A DNA stretch of 32,000 nt from Pyrodictium abyssi (GTDB taxonomy: Archaea > Thermoproteota > Thermoprotei_A > Sulfolobales > Pyrodictiaceae). The stretch's first letter is position 1, and the number at the start of each line of letters is the position of its first letter. A program made the position numbers and the translations under genes. The stretch covers positions 2,100,001 through 2,132,000 of the forward strand of contig NZ_AP028907.1 of NCBI RefSeq assembly GCF_036323395.1. The letters run 5' to 3'. Shown here one piece after another: positions 27,711 through 32,000 of the stretch. Under the pieces are notes generated by a model. It was not told the DNA's origin. It searched no databases and was given only the letters and a program-made list of their open reading frames with translations.

Positions 27711-27934
27711 ACTATATCTTCGACAGCCTGTGCATGTCCTCGGGCGAGACGTGGCGGGGGCATACTCTCTGCTCTAAGTGGGCGCGAGGCCCAGTGCGGA
27801 GTTCTTAGATCCCGAGGCGGGCTCCGGGTAGGCGTAGCGCTAGCATCTGCTCTGCGCAACTTATAAAAGATAAAAAGCTATAATAACATAAGTTCATAAC
27901 TATCTTTAATGATGGAACACCTCTGGTGTGAAAA

Positions 27935-28258
27935 GTGGCACAAGACACCATGCTTGAAGAGTTTAAGAAAGCGTACATGGAGCTGATGAAGGAAGACGCG
28001 AGGAAGAGCTTCATAGTCCACCTAGCAGTATACATCCTGGTCAACATCATGCTGGCAATAGTCAACCTCGTCTACACGCCCGAGACGATCTGGTTCCATT
28101 ACCCGCTCATAGGCTGGGGAATAGGAGTCACGATGCACTACCTCTTCGGGGTCCGCTGGATAGAGAAGGAGATCATAAAGGACTTTGCACGGGCAGAGTA
28201 CATGATGAGAAAAGCAAGGATAGAGAAGAAGGAGGCGACAGAGGGCACAGGCAGCTAG
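27935..28258 (+). CDS. 2TM-domain small membrane protein
   Basis: 107 aa: two TM segments (FIVHLAVYILVNIMLAIVNLVYTPETIWFHYPLIGWGIGVTMHYL) with a charged C-terminus, as in the 2TM domain family. Confidence 0.8.
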   Translation: MAQDTMLEEFKKAYMELMKEDARKSFIVHLAVYILVNIMLAIVNLVYTPETIWFHYPLIGWGIGVTMHYLFGVRWIEKEIIKDFARAEYMMRKARIEKKEATEGTGS

Positions 28259-28358
28259 CCACAGCGCCATACGGCAGGAGCATCGGCCCCCCGGGGGTAG
28301 GCCCAGCCCCTCGGTAGAGCCTGGAGGGACAGGATGGGGCAGCTACGCTACAGCACCT

Positions 28359-29047
28359 CTAGCTGTGTGCTCCGTCCCGTAGGAGTTTTCTAAGCTCTTC
28401 CACGATGCTCCTAGAGACTGGCGGCGAGTCCTCTATCAGCTCGCTTATCCTGCGTACTCTTTCCTCGACATTGAGGCCTCCTAGCAGCTGGTCGACGAGC
28501 CTATGGCACTCCCTCCTAGTGCTGCTATCGCAGCTCCCCTCCAGCCCACCTCTATCCTGGCCAGCAAGGCTGGCTATCCAGCACTCAGCGCTGCACTTCC
28601 ACACTAGAGCCAGGAACCTGGTACCGTGGCTGCCGCTGCACTCGGCGGCATAGCGGCTAGCTGTGTGCAGTACGCGGCACTTGAACCCCTCGAGGGCGCC
28701 GCTGGCTAGCTCGCGGAGCCTATCCTCTACTCCGTCGTCGCTGTCGGAGAGGAGGAGAGCACAGAGCCCCGGCGAACCAGCTAGAGCCCTTAGCGAGTTC
28801 TGTAGCACCCTGCCGAGCTGCTTCCTCGTCTCTTTTCGGGCCTGGGCTGTACCTACCGCTGCTGTACAGAGCCTTGCTTCGCGGCCCTCTTCTCTGGGGA
28901 GGCTAGTACAAGAGCAGATAGTTTACAGCGCCGCATATACTCCGGTCGCGGTAGTCAGGGTTTTTCTACGCCCAGGAGGGCGTATAGCAGCGCAGCATCG
29001 TTCACACCCTCCGTGATGACGAGCAAGGCGCTGCAGCTGCTCAGCAC
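28359..29047 (-). pseudogene. TOPRIM-like protein, interrupted
   Basis: MLSSCSALLVITEGVNDAALLYALLGVE (28955-29047) then, in the frame of ORF 28359..28808, KTLTTATGVYAAL*TICSCTSL...GLCALLLSDSDDGVEDRLREL. EG.xD and DxDD resemble the two catalytic TOPRIM motifs. Confidence 0.5.
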
Positions 29048-29060
29048 GGCTCCCAGCCTG

Positions 29061-30774
29061 CTAGAACCCGCGTAGCTCAGCACCTACAGCATCTAGTGCA
29101 TCTAGCGCCTCCCCGCCACTACTCTCAAAGGCGACACGCCCAGACTGCATGAGCACCAGCTTTGTCTCGCCGAGCACGCTGAGAGCACTAGCAGCCCTTA
29201 GGATAAACTCTATCATCTCAACACTATGGGTCGTGACGATGACGTATACCCTGCCTCCTCCCTCCTTCACAGCCCTAGCCATAGCGGCCGCTATATCCGC
29301 CATGTAGCCCGGGTGCAGCCCGCTCTCCGGCTTCTCGACAAGCAGCAAATAGCGCCCCGCACCCCGGGCCAGTGTAGGTCCAGCGTAGAGCTGGAGTAGC
29401 TCAAGCGTACCGTCCCCCAGCCTTGAGGCGGGAAACACTCCCTGAGGCGTGCGAACCAGGACATCCCTCTCCGTGGGCATCACGTCCTCTACGCCTACTC
29501 CTTTGGCGTAGTTGCGAAATACATCAAGTACGCCAGATTTAAACATTAGCCTAATAGTCTTACTGAGTTCTGAAGGATTCAGTCTCCCACGCCTTATGAG
29601 GAGCACTGTCTCGAACAACGGCTTATCCAAATCCAGTGCTCTCGCGCGTAAATCTTGTACGAGTTTCGCCTTCCACGCTTCCATAAGCTGGTGGCTGCCC
29701 TGCTCCGAGAACGCCTTATAGGCTGTCTCGCGGGCTGACTTTGCCGCCCTATACATGGATTCTAGCAGGCAGTGCCAGAGCTTGTTGAGAAGCCCAGCTG
29801 GGTAGGCGCTCAACAGGATTCTCTCCAGCTTCAGCACATTCGCTACTATGGCTTCGAGCCCTGCTGAGACGAAATCCAGGACAATGTCTTTGAGCGGGTT
29901 AAGGGCATCATATAGCTTATCTAGCAGGTTGGTATCGTTGTTCATGCTGTCATGGGGGACGTATAGGCGAAGCTGCCTATACGCGTAATCAGCTGTGTCG
30001 CCGTAGTATATGGCTGTATCTAGGAGTAAAGGTCCCCGAATAGTAGAGAAGAAAGTATCTTTACGGACTCTTGCACTATGCCGTTTATGCTGCTGGCTGT
30101 GTGTTTTCCGGCTATCCTCTTGATTACAGAGTCGATTGCTTCTACTGCCTTCTGAAGCTTGCTCGGTGGAAGAAGATGCGAGAGAGCCTCCCTTATACGC
30201 TGCTGGTAGCCGATCTTCTTCGTCAATAGAGCTTCGGATAGAGCTTCGACGGGTATAATGGGGTGTTTTTCCCCTGCAGGTAGCCGTCATAGGCCCTTAG
30301 TAGGAGGTAGTCGATGAAGAGCGCTGCGAGCGCTGCGGCCAGCCTCGCGGCAGCAACATAGTCTGAGCCCTTAGCCTCCTGCACCAGGCACTCTTCAAGA
30401 CCGTCCCTGGCATACGTAAATGTCTCGTAGGCTAGAAAGAGCGCTGCTTCCCAGCTACGCCTAGGATGTAGCAGCCTCGTCCTAAACAATAGCCTCCCGT
30501 ACTTCGCCTCTATCAGGGCTTTCTCGCACCCATCGTTTACAAGCTCTCCGTAGCCCTGCAGCTGCTTCCGGACAACTATGCAGCCGATAGCATCGCCGGG
30601 CTCTGCTAGCTGCAGCCTATGGACCGGCGCTGTAAACGCCACAGCAGCTGCCTCGAGGAGCGAAGACTTGCCAGCATTATTCCTCCCAGTGATTATCGTG
30701 ATAGGGGCTAGCTCTAGCTCGGCCTCTTTCACGCCACGGAAGCACTTCACCCTTAGTAGCGGCCGCTCGGCCAA
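29061..30774 (-). pseudogene. AAA family (AAA_15/21-like) ATPase, split by two frameshifts
   Basis: GVKEAELELAPITIITGRNNAGKSSLLEAAAVAF (Walker A, ORF 30223..30774), middle piece 30020..30226, then LGDGTLELLQLYAGP...YLLLVEKPESGLHP...VIVTTHSVEMIEFIL (Walker B/H-loop-like, ORF 29061..30290). Confidence 0.8.
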
Positions 30775-31159
30775 GAGGCCAGACCCTCATTCCAACCATC
30801 GCTAGGACAGTCATGACGCTATGGGGTATGCTGACTGCAGCCCCGTCCCTCCTCTTTGCGTGCCCAAGCTATTATCTCTGGTGATAATCGGTAGCCCCGT
30901 ACGGTAGGGCACCCCATATACCAGTAGCACCGGGACAAGCGGTGGCTCGTCGCAGAGCTCCCTAGCCTCCTCCTCGTCTCCGTGACCGGAGCTGCTATGC
31001 TGCCAGTAAGCCCCAGGAGCTAGAGCTATAGAGGAATGAGGAGTGGAAGCACATCAAGCCAGGCGCTAGGCGGTGTCCAGGAAGAACGCGGAGAAACGGT
31101 AGCTGCATCGCTTGTAGCTCTGTCAGCGGCTGGGCAGCGAGCTGAAACAGCTGTTTTGG

Positions 31160-31573
31160 CTAGGGCGCCACTCTCAGCCATGGTACCCGTTTGAAGTCGT
31201 CGCCAAACGTGATTATAGCGTCTATCCCGTAGTGCCTGCACGTGGGCGCGATTACCGCGTCGCTTGGGAGCAAACGGTATCTCTCCATGACCTCGTAGAG
31301 TTCATCCTCTTCGTAGAAGTCGATAAGGATTCTAGTATCAGCCTCCGTACCAGCCTCCTTACCGCTTCAAGAACCATGGACGGGTAGCCGTGCTTCTTCA
31401 CCCATTTCCTCGCCGCATAGCCGCCGCGCACACCATGGTAGTGCTCCAGGTAGTGTAGCGTAGAAGTGTAGAGCATAGCTGTCCCGGTGCTCCTCTAGAA
31501 GACTGAGTGCCTCCTGGCTCCTCGGCGTCCTGTGCAGTATGTGGTAAAGGATATTGGTGTCAAGGAAGATCAA
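31160..31573 (-). pseudogene. PIN-domain toxin broken by two frameshifts
   Basis: MIFLDTNILYHILHRTPRSQEALSLLEEHRDSYAL / HYLEHYHGVRGGYAARKWVKKHGYPSMVLEAV / ILIDFYEEDELYEVMERYRLLPSDAVIAPTCRHYGIDAIITFGDDFKRVPWLRVAP*. Confidence 0.75.
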
Positions 31574-31767
31574 GCCCTCCAGACCTCGCCTCGTAGCGCC
31601 TCAGCTCCTCCTCGCTAGACTCGCCCAACACGCCGACAAGGTCCTTCAAGAGCTTACGGATGGGCTTCTCTATCTTCACAATGGCTTCCTCGCCTTCTCT
31701 CAGCCCGGGCTCCTCTAGGGGGCACAAGTACGCCCCTCTCGTAGCGCACCCGTATAGCTCTAGCCAC
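31560..31767 (-). pseudogene. AF2212/DUF104-like antitoxin, frameshifted
   Basis: GTG at 31767: MARAIRVRYERGVLVP / LEEPGLREGEEAIVKIEKPIRKLLKDLVGVLGESSEEELRRYEARSGGLDLP*, with the frame lost at a CCCCC run; directly upstream of the PIN gene. Confidence 0.6.
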
Positions 31768-32000
31768 GGCCCAGGGCACCCCAGAGTACTATAGGAGTAC
31801 CAAGAATAGCCTAAGTCGTTACTCCGGCTATCCAGCCTCCGCCCTGCGCGGCTACAAGAGTCTTCTCTGTGCCGCTGGTGCCCGCCCGGGGCGCCTCCTC
31901 TACAGGGTGCGCGCCTCCCCTGGGGCAGCTGGGCAGCACCACTGGACCGGCAGAGGCGCCTCCGGGGGCCTTGGCGCTCTCCCTGGCTGCTAGGGGATGA

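Noticed and set aside
27805-28270. Minus-strand ORFs 27805..28065 and 28022..28270
   Set aside because: Antisense to the 2TM-domain gene 27935..28258, which has better hydrophobic and charge structure.
29011-29050. C-box-like GTGATGA as a candidate C/D-box sRNA
   Set aside because: No D box (CTGA) at suitable distance and no C'/D' pair; the sequence also falls in the TOPRIM-like frame.

Overview
GC-rich window (mostly minus-strand genes) from what looks like a hyperthermophilic crenarchaeon. Inferred from gene content, a CCA-encoding tRNA, and AbrB/PIN modules; no database search was possible. Backbone: succinate dehydrogenase genes (partial sdhB, two small cytochrome b/anchor subunits, sdhA) joined by overlaps to a two-subunit class I fumarase; tRNA-Arg(CCU); thiolase; a large coiled-coil/transglutaminase-like protein; FeoB; a peptide ABC transporter (binding protein plus two permeases, no ATPases here); TDT/SLAC1-type transporter; NSUN/RsmB-type methyltransferase; MFS transporter; SAM methyltransferase. 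Accessory signals: (1) a 24-nt CRISPR-like repeat (GAAGAATCAAGAAGACACTGAAAC, read on the minus strand), five exact and two degenerate copies in two three-repeat mini-arrays plus one inverted solo, flanking a Doc/Fic-like module and a PIN-domain module (6.5-8.8 kb); (2) a broken AAA ATPase plus TOPRIM-like gene pair (28.4-30.8 kb), possibly an OLD/PARIS-like defence remnant; (3) several frameshifted toxin-antitoxin loci (25.8-26.8 and 31.2-31.8 kb), with indels mostly near homopolymer runs, so sequencing error must be excluded; (4) a decayed membrane-protein-like region (16.9-17.7 kb); (5) palindromes next to the putative promoters of the thiolase and the ABC transporter.
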